64,000 bases of DNA from Thermoplasmatota archaeon (GCA_046483845.1 JAWOCK010000006.1:24819-88818); one strand, 5' to 3'; positions 34,450-44,767 are shown, counted from the first letter of the stretch. Notes: generated from the letters alone by a model not told the origin. Numbers and translations are program-made.

Positions 34450-36075
34450 ATGGATCTCGAATCAGCCATGGAAAAGAACCCTCATCTGAGGGAATACATC
34501 GAGGAGCTCACCCAGAGCGGTGGCATACAGCCGATGTTCTATCCGGTACTGACCGAGGACATGGCGATCCTGAAAAGGGTGAACCTGATCTACCCGGTCG
34601 GGGATCCGGTTTTCATACATGTCTACGACCGTCCAAACGAAGGAAGGAGATATCATGTCATCGAGCCCCATCTGGGCGAGGGGGAGATGGATAAAATGGA
34701 GAAGGTGAGGGACCAGATACTTGAACTGGCCCCCCTTGGATCAGAGGATCCAAATGAGCTTTTTGACCTGTCTAAAAGGGTGGACGATCTTTTCAACAGG
34801 GTCACTTATTCTAAGGAGCTCCGGCAGTCCATATTCAACAGGCTCAGGGGAAAAAGGATCTCCGTATCAGGAAAGGAAAGGGAAAGGATGATATACATGT
34901 TGAGAAGGGACCTGGTCAAGGGAGGGTTGATAGAGCCCCTTCTCAGGGACCCCTACCTTGAGGATATCCATGCTGTGGGTCTCAAGAAGATATCAGTGGT
35001 CCACAAGGTCTTCGGCATGTTGAGGACCAATCTGAGCTTCAGGAGCGAAAGGGAGCTCGATCTCTATATCAGGGGCACCGCCGAGAGGATGGGTAGGCCC
35101 GTCACGGATTCAAGACCAATAGTCGATGGAGCTCTCCCGGACGGATCCAGGATGAACATAATCTATTCCGAGGATGTATCAAAGGGAGGTGCGAGCTTCA
35201 CCATAAGGAAGTTCTTCGAGAAACCCCCCACCATGCCCCAGCTCGTTAAATGGGGCACATTCTCCGCGAAGATGGCGGCGTATCTGTGGCTCTGTTTGGA
35301 ATACGGCATGTCCATATTCGTTTCCGGTGAGACCGCGTCGGGAAAGACCACCACTCTCAACGCAATGCTCTCCTTCATCGATTTCAACAAGAAGGTCTAT
35401 TCTGCAGAGGATACCCCCGAGGTTGTGGTACCCCATGAGGTCTGGCAGAGGTTGATAACCAGGGAAACCGTATTCGACCAGGCAAAGGTGGAGCTCTTCG
35501 ATCTGGTGAAGACCGCGCTCAGGTCAAGACCGGATTATATAATAGTCGGTGAGGTAAGGGGAAAGGAAGGTTCCGCTGCTTTCCAGGCGATGCAGACCGG
35601 TCATGCGGTGCTTTCCACCTTCCACGCCTCTTCAATTGCCAAGATGATCCAGAGGTTCACGGGCGATCCGATAAATGTACCCATCAGGTTCATTGACAAC
35701 ATGAACCTCGCCCTTTTCCAGGAGATCGTCTATGAGGAGGGGAGGATACTGAGAAGGTGTTCCGCCATAGAGGAGATCATCAAGTATTCCAAGGAAAAGG
35801 GTGGTGTCCTGACCAGGACCATATTCGAGTGGGACCCGGTGAGGGACAGGCATTATTTCACAGGCATGTACAATTCCTTCATACTGGAGCATAAGATAGC
35901 TCCAAAGATGGGATTGGAGTTCAGCAAGGACATCTATACCGAGCTGGAAAGAAGGGAGCGTGTCATAAGGTCAATGGTGGAAGGCAACATTTTGGGATAC
36001 GATGAGGTGAACAGGATCTTCCTTGCCTATTCAGACAATGGGTGGGAAGGGATCCCAAAGGAGCTGAGGAGCTGA
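34450..36075 (+). CDS. flaI: Archaellum assembly/motor ATPase FlaI (type II/IV secretion ATPase family)
   Basis: Walker A VSGETASGKTTTLNA, Asp box, IIVGEVRGKEG, HAVLSTFHA. Confidence 0.95.
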   Translation: MDLESAMEKNPHLREYIEELTQSGGIQPMFYPVLTEDMAILKRVNLIYPVGDPVFIHVYDRPNEGRRYHVIEPHLGEGEMDKMEKVRDQILELAPLGSEDPNELFDLSKRVDDLFNRVTYSKELRQSIFNRLRGKRISVSGKERERMIYMLRRDLVKGGLIEPLLRDPYLEDIHAVGLKKISVVHKVFGMLRTNLSFRSERELDLYIRGTAERMGRPVTDSRPIVDGALPDGSRMNIIYSEDVSKGGASFTIRKFFEKPPTMPQLVKWGTFSAKMAAYLWLCLEYGMSIFVSGETASGKTTTLNAMLSFIDFNKKVYSAEDTPEVVVPHEVWQRLITRETVFDQAKVELFDLVKTALRSRPDYIIVGEVRGKEGSAAFQAMQTGHAVLSTFHASSIAKMIQRFTGDPINVPIRFIDNMNLALFQEIVYEEGRILRRCSAIEEIIKYSKEKGGVLTRTIFEWDPVRDRHYFTGMYNSFILEHKIAPKMGLEFSKDIYTELERRERVIRSMVEGNILGYDEVNRIFLAYSDNGWEGIPKELRS

Positions 36076-36081
36076 AATAGG

Positions 36082-37758
36082 ATGGATCTGGTGCTTGCAT
36101 ACAGGGATCTGGAAATGGACCCGAAGGAATGGGTCCTCACCAGGGCTCTCCCTGCTGGTGCAGGGGCCATCGTTCTTGCAGGTCTATTGGTCCTTTTGCT
36201 TCCCGGGATATTCCTATCCACATGGGCTTTCGTCCTTCTGATGCTCGCTGTCTTCTTCATCACCCTGACCGCCCTGATGTGGCCCTATGTGCTGCGTGAG
36301 AGGAAGAAGCAGGAGATCGACGATCAGCTTCACCTGTTCATCATCAGGATAGGGGTCCTCTCTCTCTCATCATCCACCAGGGCATCCATATTCGAGATCG
36401 CCTCCAAAGAGCAGAGCTCAAGGGCAATACACAAGGAGCTTGAGAAGGTGCAGGAGCTCGCAAGGACCTGGAAGGTGTCTCTTCCCAGAGCCTTGCGTAT
36501 CGTCTCGAAGCAGACACCTTCGAGGAAGCTCGGAGATTTCCTGGAGAGGATGTCATATGCGATCGAATCCGACGAGGACCCCAAGGTATTCTTCAGGAAC
36601 GAACAGGAAGCCGTGATAGAGGAGTTCAAGTCAAGATATTCCACGACCCTTGACAGGATCGAGGTGGTCAGGGAGATCTATATCTCTCTAATCTCCGTAA
36701 CCATGTTCCTGAACGTCATGTTGGTGATAATGTCCATGCTGGTCGGCATCAACCACTACCTCATGAGCTTCCTCATTGTCTTCATATTCATAGTGGTTGA
36801 GATGGTCCTCTGGGTGGTGATCAACAGCGTGCTTCCCAGAGAACACATATGGTATGATCCAAAGCCACATCCATTGGAATCGAAGTATCACCAGCGTTTG
36901 AACGTCATGCTAGCGATCGGGATCTCTCTTTCCATCCTGGTCGCCATTGTGATGCTTGCCTTGAGGCCCACATGGGAGACCATACTTTTGTACCTAGCTC
37001 TCGTTTCCACACCTCTTATCATACCAGGGGTATGGGTCATGAGGGAGGAAGGGGTCATAAGGAGGAGGGATGATGCCTTCGGTGCATTCATAAGGACCAT
37101 CGGTTCCACATCCGAGAGCAAGGGGGGTTCAGCCTCCATCGGCATGAAGAGGATAAGATGGCACGATTTCGGCGCCCTTACGGAGCAGATCAGGGCTCTT
37201 TACGACAGGTTGAAAATTGGTATCGACTCCGAGAGGTCCTGGGGAATATTCGTCAGGGAGACCAGGTCCGAACTGATATCACAGTTCCTGAACACTTATC
37301 AGGAGGGAATTTCGGCAGGGGGAAGCCCGAAAGAGGTTTCATCACTGCTTTCTGGTCACTTCACCACGTTATCCTCACTCAGGAAGAGGAGGTACCTGGT
37401 TGCGGACAACTTCGCGGCAATACTTTACGGCCTCACCATCTTCATCTCGGGCGGCATGTTCATGATCTATTCGGTGATACTCGAAATGCTCCAGAAGCTG
37501 GGAGGTCTGGAGTCGGCCTCGGAGGAGATCGAGAACTTCCAGCCCCTGGTCCTCTTGAAGGACGTAGCCGGTCTGGAGTACATCATGCTGGCGGCCATAG
37601 TCTCTGTGGTCATTCTCCATGTTCTGTTCTCGGCAGATGCCGCACGGAGGTTCAAAGGGAGCCACAGGCTAATGCTCATGATCCATATTCCCCTGCTCCT
37701 TTGGACGGCTGCAGTATCGGGTTACCTCGCTCAGTGGGCTGTGGGAAGGGTCCTCTGA
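36082..37758 (+). CDS. flaJ: Archaellum membrane platform protein FlaJ (TadC/PilC-like)
   Basis: 558-aa polytopic membrane protein immediately after flaI. Two cytoplasmic helical domains alternate with TM bundles. Confidence 0.8.
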   Translation: MDLVLAYRDLEMDPKEWVLTRALPAGAGAIVLAGLLVLLLPGIFLSTWAFVLLMLAVFFITLTALMWPYVLRERKKQEIDDQLHLFIIRIGVLSLSSSTRASIFEIASKEQSSRAIHKELEKVQELARTWKVSLPRALRIVSKQTPSRKLGDFLERMSYAIESDEDPKVFFRNEQEAVIEEFKSRYSTTLDRIEVVREIYISLISVTMFLNVMLVIMSMLVGINHYLMSFLIVFIFIVVEMVLWVVINSVLPREHIWYDPKPHPLESKYHQRLNVMLAIGISLSILVAIVMLALRPTWETILLYLALVSTPLIIPGVWVMREEGVIRRRDDAFGAFIRTIGSTSESKGGSASIGMKRIRWHDFGALTEQIRALYDRLKIGIDSERSWGIFVRETRSELISQFLNTYQEGISAGGSPKEVSSLLSGHFTTLSSLRKRRYLVADNFAAILYGLTIFISGGMFMIYSVILEMLQKLGGLESASEEIENFQPLVLLKDVAGLEYIMLAAIVSVVILHVLFSADAARRFKGSHRLMLMIHIPLLLWTAAVSGYLAQWAVGRVL

Positions 37759-38142
37759 TGTCTCGGGGAACGTGAAAGACCTTATGGCCCGACATGGGTC
37801 CATTCCTGTTCAGCGGTCGTATCATAGTCTAATATTATTCTCAGTAAGGATGTTGGCCACAGAGAGGAGGCATATCTCGTGTGCTATGGAACATAATTAT
37901 AGAGGTGGTCTCCGATATTCAGTGTTTGTTCTATAATGCTTAAATACGACTCCACATGATGTTTATTAACGAGGCAAGGCGCCGGAAAGATGTTATTTTC
38001 TCAGACCCAGGTCCAGCCTTGTCATCTGCTCGATAACATAGCTACTGAAGGGCAAACCTCTGAGGGTAGGAATGTTTTACGAATGTACTATTAGACTTAT
38101 ATATCTACAGGGACAGATACATGATCAGTAGGAGGACTCGAA

Positions 38143-38904
38143 ATGAATAAAAAGATACTATGGCTCTCCGCACTTGTCGGTCTTGTCCTTGTTGCCGGCT
38201 CGGTCTCGGCACTGAACCCTCTGAAGGGAGATGACTGGCAGCAGGACCCGGATAACGACGGTTTGAACAACAGGGATGAGTTCCTTGCCGGCTCGGATCC
38301 CAACAACTGGGATACCGATGGTGATGGTCTTCCTGATGGTTGGGAGGTAGAGAACTCCCTGGACCCTGCAGACCCAACGGATGCTGAGATGGACAACGAT
38401 TATTTCGGTGGGGAAGAGTATGCTTCATACACTCAGGTAAAGCCTCCGTATGACAATTACGCGGAGTATTACAGATTGCTCGGGGTTGACGAGAAAACCG
38501 GAGAGAACAAATATCTTCCCACCGACCCGAACAATCCCGATACGGACGGTGACGGATTACTCGATCCTGATGATCCGTGGCCATGGGACTTTCCACCTGG
38601 AACTGATCCGGGCGATCCGGGGGAACCGGTCCCACCAGACCCAAATCCCGGTCCGCCAACACCACCACCGGAAGACAGCGATCGAGATGGATTGCCGGAC
38701 CACTATGAGAGGCAGTTGGGAACAGACCCCTACAATCCTGATACGGACGGCGACGGGCTCATCGACTCCCAGGAGATCGCACTGGGTCTCGATCCCAACG
38801 ATTGGGACACCGATGACGATGGTCTCATAGATGGTGTTGAACTGGGCAGCGGCCACTCTACGGACGGGCATTTGGAGGATACAGACAATGACGGCATCTC
38901 CTGA
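38143..38904 (+). CDS. Secreted protein made almost entirely of thrombospondin type-3-like calcium-binding repeats
   Basis: Signal peptide MNKKILWLSALVGLVLVAGSVSA. Repeated D-x-D-x-D-G-x-x-D motifs (DPDNDGLNNRDE, DTDGDGLPDGWE, DTDGDGLLDPDD, DSDRDGLPDHYE, DTDGDGLIDSQE, DTDDDGLIDGVE, DTDNDGIS). Confidence 0.75.
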   Translation: MNKKILWLSALVGLVLVAGSVSALNPLKGDDWQQDPDNDGLNNRDEFLAGSDPNNWDTDGDGLPDGWEVENSLDPADPTDAEMDNDYFGGEEYASYTQVKPPYDNYAEYYRLLGVDEKTGENKYLPTDPNNPDTDGDGLLDPDDPWPWDFPPGTDPGDPGEPVPPDPNPGPPTPPPEDSDRDGLPDHYERQLGTDPYNPDTDGDGLIDSQEIALGLDPNDWDTDDDGLIDGVELGSGHSTDGHLEDTDNDGIS

Positions 38905-38926
38905 TAGTAGAGTGTGAAGGATTCTT

Positions 38927-40138
38927 TCAAAGGGGAGCTCTGTTGAAGGGTTCCCCGCTCTTTGTTCTTAGAAGATCGATAATAGCTATCTCAGAGGGTG
39001 CTCCGACCCTCATTGGCGGACCCCATGTTCCTGATCCGTAGCACACATACATGTAGGACTCCCCGTATTTGTAAAGTCCCCTGTCCCCTTCCCTGTACAC
39101 CATCCTGGTGAAGAGTCCCGCAGGGAACATCTGCCCGGAGTGCGTGTGTCCGGATAGCATGAGGTCAACACCGAGCTCAGCGGACCTCTTGAAATGGAGG
39201 GGGTGATGATTTACAAGGATCATAGGTCTCCTGCTTTTCGAAGCGCGGACCAGCTTTTCGATAACTTCCTCATATTGGTGGTATGACCGGAAGGACGAGG
39301 GATCGTCCACCCCGATGATGGAAAGTCCCGTTTCCTGGTCTTCCTTCATCCTATTGTCCAGGACCTCGAACCCGCAATTCTTGAGGAACTCCTTGGAATC
39401 CATTATTCCATGATAGAACTCGTGATTGCCGATGATAGCGTAAGATGGAGCTATGGAGGTCAACTCCTTCAGATATGGGACAATATGTGAAAGGGACCTG
39501 GGGTTAGTATCGATAAGGTCCCCTGCCGAGATGATAATATCCGGTTCACTCTCCCTTGTCTTCTCCAATATCCGCTTTGATCTTCTCTTTCCGACCAGAA
39601 GACCGATGTGGACATCCGATATGAGTGCGATCCGGATAGGCTTCACATCCTTTTCCCCTGATCCTATCCTTACCTTCCTTACCCTGAGCACCCTGCCTAT
39701 GATGATCCCCAGGACCATGGGTAGGACCACCCCTGCCAAGACAAATAATCTAAGAACGTCCATAAGTAGCTGGTTAGAGTTCCATCCGGTGGCGACCCCT
39801 ATCAGCAGTATGGGTCCTGCTATGGAGGTCGTGAACAACATATAGAAGAAGGCCCCCATCATCAGGGCAGCCAGGAGATACAGTATCTGGATGGTCCTCC
39901 CGTGGTATGCATGACCTATTATCTCCGCGAATATGATGAAAAGTGTCATTGAGATCATGAACGTGATATACTGCCATTGAACGGTTGACCCGGGAGAGAA
40001 CAGGATGGAATATACGGATCCGATCAGTACCGAAGCGGAGATCACCATGATAGATATGACCGAAATGAGCATCATGGCTGTAAGCGTTCCTCTTTCCCTC
40101 TGTTTCTCCGTAATGGTGGCCCCTTCTTTTTCCCTCAT
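38927..40138 (-). CDS. Membrane-bound calcineurin-like metallophosphoesterase
   Basis: N-terminal about 5 TM helices, then ALISDVHIG, SAGDLID, IIGNHE, VNHHP, LSGHTHSGQ. Confidence 0.8.
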   Translation of the reverse strand: MREKEGATITEKQRERGTLTAMMLISVISIMVISASVLIGSVYSILFSPGSTVQWQYITFMISMTLFIIFAEIIGHAYHGRTIQILYLLAALMMGAFFYMLFTTSIAGPILLIGVATGWNSNQLLMDVLRLFVLAGVVLPMVLGIIIGRVLRVRKVRIGSGEKDVKPIRIALISDVHIGLLVGKRRSKRILEKTRESEPDIIISAGDLIDTNPRSLSHIVPYLKELTSIAPSYAIIGNHEFYHGIMDSKEFLKNCGFEVLDNRMKEDQETGLSIIGVDDPSSFRSYHQYEEVIEKLVRASKSRRPMILVNHHPLHFKRSAELGVDLMLSGHTHSGQMFPAGLFTRMVYREGDRGLYKYGESYMYVCYGSGTWGPPMRVGAPSEIAIIDLLRTKSGEPFNRAPL

Positions 40139-40167
40139 GCTTACCTTGTAGATTTTATTACCATTAT

Positions 40168-41266
40168 CTATCTTTGGCCTCTCGGGTCCATGTTCTTTTG
40201 TTCCGTGGTCTCTCCTTTATCCCGAGCATCTTTCTCGTCCATCAACCGTTCCATGTCCAATGGTGGTGCCGCTCTCATCTGTGGTTGTGAAGGGGTGGCG
40301 GTTGCCTCTCCTGGAGATGCTTGATGGACAGGCTGCTGCCGGGGATATTGCTGTTGAAACGGTTGCTGTGCTATTGGCTGCTGTTGAGCAGGCTGTTGTT
40401 GTTGATACTGATGCTGAGCGGGAGGCAACACCCTTTCGATCGGTGCCTGACGCGGCTGCCCCAGCTGGGGCGCGCCCGATCTCTGCTGCATGGTACCGGG
40501 CAGCCCGGGAACCGCCGCCTTCATGCTCTGTTCTTTTCTTTTCTCCTCCTCGGTCCTCTCCGGAGCCTCTCTTGAGAGTTTTTCCTTTTTTTTCTTGGAC
40601 CTGGCAGACAGCAGCGGTATTACCACCGCCAATATGCCTATGATGAGAGGTATGAGGAACGCAAGTATTCCTATGATAACTGCGGTGGGTATCCTGGCAG
40701 GAACATCAACCTCATCGTAGGCGGGCTCACCCATGCCCTGTTTGTTATAGGCATGCACCGAGTAGTAATAAGTTCCTTCACTGACATCCTCGTCGGTGAA
40801 CGATCTCTCCTCCGGGCCGAGATACAAAAGCAGGTTCATGTCGCTCCGGCTGGTTCCCTTGTACAAGACATAACCGGTGACCTCCGCCCGAAGTCTCCGC
40901 GGTCACGTAACAGACGTATAGTTTATCCTTGTAGCTCTGTGCCATCCTGGAACTGCTCATTCCGTATGTGGAGTCTGTGGATGCTGTTAACTTCCTGGTG
41001 CCGGATGCGATCCGATCATCGAGCTTGACGTAACCCTCCTCTCTTTGGACGAGGTTCTCTTCATAGGGAACGTACACGAAGTCCGATAGATCGGGTTCAT
41101 ATGCGGTCACAACCTTGTTCACGGACCTGGTCGGTACACTCTCACTTGAGAATATGGACCGGGCTGCCTCACCATCCTCTATCTCCAATGGTTGAATTGT
41201 TGGAAAAGAGATTGACATCAAGGAGATGATGATAAAACAAATCCAATATATGCGTGTACTGAGCAT
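40168..41266 (-). pseudogene. Frameshifted gene for a type I membrane protein (signal anchor, extracellular domain, FN3 domain, TM helix, Q/P-rich cytoplasmic tail)
   Basis: Track ORFs 40778-41266 and 40168-40866 overlap in different frames. A single FN3 domain is split between them: ..KLYVCYVTAETSGG / VTGYVLYKGTSRSDMNLLLYLGPEERSFTDEDVSEGTYYYSVHAYN. Skipping one G in the run at about 40881-40887 restores one ORF. Confidence 0.65.
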
Positions 41267-41348
41267 CTAACGTCCCCCTTCTCATCAAAAAAGATAGAAA
41301 CCGTATTCGAATGATGATTTATAAATTTATCCAGCAACCAGAAAACAC

Positions 41349-42275
41349 TTATTTCTCTATTGTCGCGCCTTTTCTGCCGTTGCTCAACAGAACTACCCTG
41401 GAAGGTCCGAAGGAATCAACGATACCGTATCCGGTGAGTTCGCCCATTCTCACGGCAAAGTTCTCTACCTCCCCGAAGGACGGCATGTTGTCCATGGACA
41501 TCCTTTTTCTTGAATAACCCACGAAAACGTATCCCTTTGGCTCGATGAAATCCACTTCCCCCCTGAGGTCCAGTTTTGAATATTCCTCGTGGAAGCCCAG
41601 GTTCCATCCCTTGATTAGAGTGTGTCTGCCGACCTTTCTGGTGTCAAGCGATGGCAGAAGGTCCAGTGTCTCAATGAGCTTCTGCCAAAGTCCACTTCTC
41701 TTGGGAAGGCAGAGCTTCTTGTATATTTCCTCGTTGGGTGCATCAATCGATATGTACAACTGTGTTGGGAGAGGGTCAAGCTCCTCCAGTGTTTCAGGTA
41801 TTGTGCCGTTCGTTACCAGAAAAGTTGTAAAACCCCTTCTCTTGTATTCGGCTATGAGGTCGCCAAGATACGGGTACATGGTCGGTTCACCGGTAAGTGA
41901 GATCGCCACCTGGTTCGGGTTCCTGGCTTCCTCCCACATCCCGGGGTCGCACCGGCCGTCCCCTTTGAAACCGGAAACCAGTTTTCTCTGGGCTTCGATA
42001 CTTCCCTCCACTATGCTCTTCGGATCGTCCCATTCAATGTCAGTATCGTCCCTGCCCTGATATCTCCAGCAGTAGATGCAGCTGTGGTTGCACGCGTTGG
42101 CAACCGGCGTCATCTGAAGACATCGGTGGCTGTTGATGCCGAAGAACCTCTGCTTGTAGCATGGTCTATCTTTGATGAGGGATTCCCTGAGCCAATGGCA
42201 GGTCTTTACGGCAGAGTGGTTGCCGACGATGGAATATCCCTGCTTCTCGAACATCTTCTTGAGGTCTTGGTCCAT
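41349..42275 (-). CDS. taw1: tRNA 4-demethylwyosine synthase (TYW1/Taw1, radical SAM)
   Basis: KQGYSIVGNHSAVKTCHWLRESL..CYKQRFFGINSHRCLQMTP..CNHSCIYCWR (CX3CX2C), GEPTMYPYL, LVTNG. Confidence 0.9.
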   Translation of the reverse strand: MDQDLKKMFEKQGYSIVGNHSAVKTCHWLRESLIKDRPCYKQRFFGINSHRCLQMTPVANACNHSCIYCWRYQGRDDTDIEWDDPKSIVEGSIEAQRKLVSGFKGDGRCDPGMWEEARNPNQVAISLTGEPTMYPYLGDLIAEYKRRGFTTFLVTNGTIPETLEELDPLPTQLYISIDAPNEEIYKKLCLPKRSGLWQKLIETLDLLPSLDTRKVGRHTLIKGWNLGFHEEYSKLDLRGEVDFIEPKGYVFVGYSRKRMSMDNMPSFGEVENFAVRMGELTGYGIVDSFGPSRVVLLSNGRKGATIEK

Positions 42276-42356
42276 GCATCACTCTATTCGGGGAGACAGT
42301 AAAAAACTTGCCCCTCCAAAGTTATTAATATTGCTGACCGTAATATTTCAGATAAC

Positions 42357-43094
42357 ATGAAAAGAAAGAACAAGATCATCATATCATTCATATCTGCGCT
42401 TCTGATCGTCATCCTAATACTCTCGCTCTTTGCCTTTTGGTACCTTGGATACCAGGAGCCGGAGACCACTGTGTCCAAACTAAGGCTCATCGACGTGAAC
42501 GAGAGGGAGCTGAGCTTCAAGGTCGGGATAGTGATATCCATCCATAACCCGAACAACCTCGATCTGGAGGTAACAGGGATAGAGGGGGACCTCTTCATCG
42601 ACGATGAAAGGATAGCCCCCATGTACAATGAGACCGGCGTCACCGTAAAGGCAGGGGGCAGCTCGATCATTGAAATGGAGCTCCCGGTGGACGACCCGGA
42701 GCTCATGGTCCTGAAGGGTGACCAGCTGAGGATAAAGGGGAGGTCCTACGGAGAGTATCTCTGGGTCAAGGGGAGCTCGGAATTCGAGGAGACCATGGAG
42801 CTTCCCGGTCCCGACGACGCGCCATCCAATCTGCCTCCGATAGCCCTGATAAACGGGCCCCGGAGCGCCATGACCGGCGAGGAAGTGACCTTTGATGGAT
42901 CGATGTCAAGCGACAATGACGGGCAGATCACAGAATACTCATGGGACCTGGATGACGGAAACACCGCCATGGGAGAGGCCATCAACCATGAATATTCAGA
43001 CCCGGGAATATATCAGGTAGAGCTGACCGTGACCGATGACGATGGTGGAAGGACCACTGCGACCCATCAGATCACTATCCTCGGCCTGCCCTGA
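42357..43094 (+). CDS. Membrane-anchored LEA_2/WHy-domain protein with C-terminal PKD domain
   Basis: N-terminal TM helix. ELSFKVGIVISIHNPNNLDLEVTGIEGDLFIDDERIA is the LEA14-like pattern. FDGSMSSDNDGQITEYSWDLDDGN..GIYQVELTVTDDDG is PKD. Confidence 0.7.
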   Translation: MKRKNKIIISFISALLIVILILSLFAFWYLGYQEPETTVSKLRLIDVNERELSFKVGIVISIHNPNNLDLEVTGIEGDLFIDDERIAPMYNETGVTVKAGGSSIIEMELPVDDPELMVLKGDQLRIKGRSYGEYLWVKGSSEFEETMELPGPDDAPSNLPPIALINGPRSAMTGEEVTFDGSMSSDNDGQITEYSWDLDDGNTAMGEAINHEYSDPGIYQVELTVTDDDGGRTTATHQITILGLP

Positions 43095-43096
43095 AA

Positions 43097-44767
43097 CTAG
43101 AACAATCCCACAGCTTTTCCATCATCTGTGACATCCATCCTGGAAGCGGCAGGTTCCCTCGGGAGGCCCGGCATTGTCATGATCTTTCCGGTCAACGGCA
43201 CCACGAAACCCGCACCAGCCGAGAGTCTTATATCTGAAATGGTTATCTTGAACTTGGTCGGTGCCCCCAGTAGTTTCGGGTCGTCTGAAAGTGAGTACTG
43301 GGTCTTTGCCATGCATATGGGCAGGGTATCATAACCCATTGAGCCGAGGTCGGTCAGCTTCTTCTGGGCATCCACGGAGAACTGCACCTTGTCCGCACCA
43401 TACACGTTATGGGAGATATACTCGATCTTCTCCTTCAAGGGAAGTTCGTCTGGATACAGGGTGTTGAAACAGTCGGGGCACTCATCCACCACCTCTACCA
43501 GCTTTTTTGCTACTTCCATGGCACCTTCACCCCCTCTGGCATGATGATCGGATACCGCTATCGGCATACCCATACCTTCACAGAGTCTCAGTATCTCCTG
43601 GACCTCATCTTCATGGTCGTTCTCGAACCGGTTGATGGCTATGACAATGGGGAGTCCGAACAGATGAACGATGCTCAGATGTCTTGATAGGTTCGACATT
43701 CCCTTTCTCAGGGCTAGTACATTCTCTTTTTCGAGTTCGCTCTTGGGTATTCCCCCCTGCATCTTCAGAGAACGTGTTGTTACAACCATCACCACCGCTT
43801 TGGGGGCAAGTCCTGTCTTGCGGCAGAAGATATTGAAGAACTTCTCTGCTCCCAGATCGGAACCGAAACCAGCCTCCGTGATGAAATATTCGCTCAGATG
43901 GAGTCCCATCTTGGTGGATAGGTATGAGGATGTCCCGTGGGCGATGTTGGCGAACGGGCCGCCGTGAATGAAGGCTGGCACGCCCTCGATCGTCTGCACA
44001 AGGTTCGGCCTCAGGGCATCCTTGAGAAGCATCGCTATGGCTCCTACCACTCCGAGGTCCTTTGCATAGATAGGATGCTTCTCCATATCGTATGCCACTA
44101 TTATGTTGGAGATCTTCTCTTTCAGGTCATCCATTGAAGTTGCAAGGCATAATATGGCCATTATCTCGCTTGCTGCGGTGATGTCGAAGGAATCCTCCTG
44201 GGGCATACCGCTCTTGGTACCTCCAAGACCGATCACCGCATTACGTAGTGATCTGTCGTTCATGTCCATTACCCTGTGCCAGGTGATCCTTCTCGGATCA
44301 ATGTCCAGGTCGTTACCGTGGTGCATGTGGTTGTTCAGGACCGCAGCCAGCAAATTGTGTGCGGAGGTTATTGCGTGCATGTCGCCTGTGAAGTGGAGAT
44401 TGATATCCTCCATGGGCAATACCTGGGAATATCCTCCTCCGGCCGCACCGCCCTTGATCCCGAACACGGGCCCCATGGAAGGCTCCCGGATCCCCAACAT
44501 GGCCCTGTGCCCCATCTTGCAGAGTGCCTGGGCCAGGCCTATTGTCATCGTTGTCTTCCCTTCTCCGGCAGGTGTAGGACTCGTTGTCGTGATGAGTATC
44601 AGATTCCCTTTCTTAAGCCTGGATATCCTGTTCAGTGCCGAAAGCTCTATCTTTGCCTTGTATGCCCCCCATGGCGTGAACTCGCCCTTTTTCAACCCCG
44701 CCCTTTCGGCTATCTCCTCAATGGGTCTCAGCTTTGCTGCCTGGGCTATTTCGATATCGCTCAACAT
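43097..44767 (-). CDS. fhs: Formate--tetrahydrofolate ligase
   Basis: MLSDIEIAQAAKLRPI.., ITTTSPTPAGEGKTTMTIGL, and characteristic blocks throughout. ATG at 44767 (track TTG at 44794). Confidence 0.95.
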   Translation of the reverse strand: MLSDIEIAQAAKLRPIEEIAERAGLKKGEFTPWGAYKAKIELSALNRISRLKKGNLILITTTSPTPAGEGKTTMTIGLAQALCKMGHRAMLGIREPSMGPVFGIKGGAAGGGYSQVLPMEDINLHFTGDMHAITSAHNLLAAVLNNHMHHGNDLDIDPRRITWHRVMDMNDRSLRNAVIGLGGTKSGMPQEDSFDITAASEIMAILCLATSMDDLKEKISNIIVAYDMEKHPIYAKDLGVVGAIAMLLKDALRPNLVQTIEGVPAFIHGGPFANIAHGTSSYLSTKMGLHLSEYFITEAGFGSDLGAEKFFNIFCRKTGLAPKAVVMVVTTRSLKMQGGIPKSELEKENVLALRKGMSNLSRHLSIVHLFGLPIVIAINRFENDHEDEVQEILRLCEGMGMPIAVSDHHARGGEGAMEVAKKLVEVVDECPDCFNTLYPDELPLKEKIEYISHNVYGADKVQFSVDAQKKLTDLGSMGYDTLPICMAKTQYSLSDDPKLLGAPTKFKITISDIRLSAGAGFVVPLTGKIMTMPGLPREPAASRMDVTDDGKAVGLF

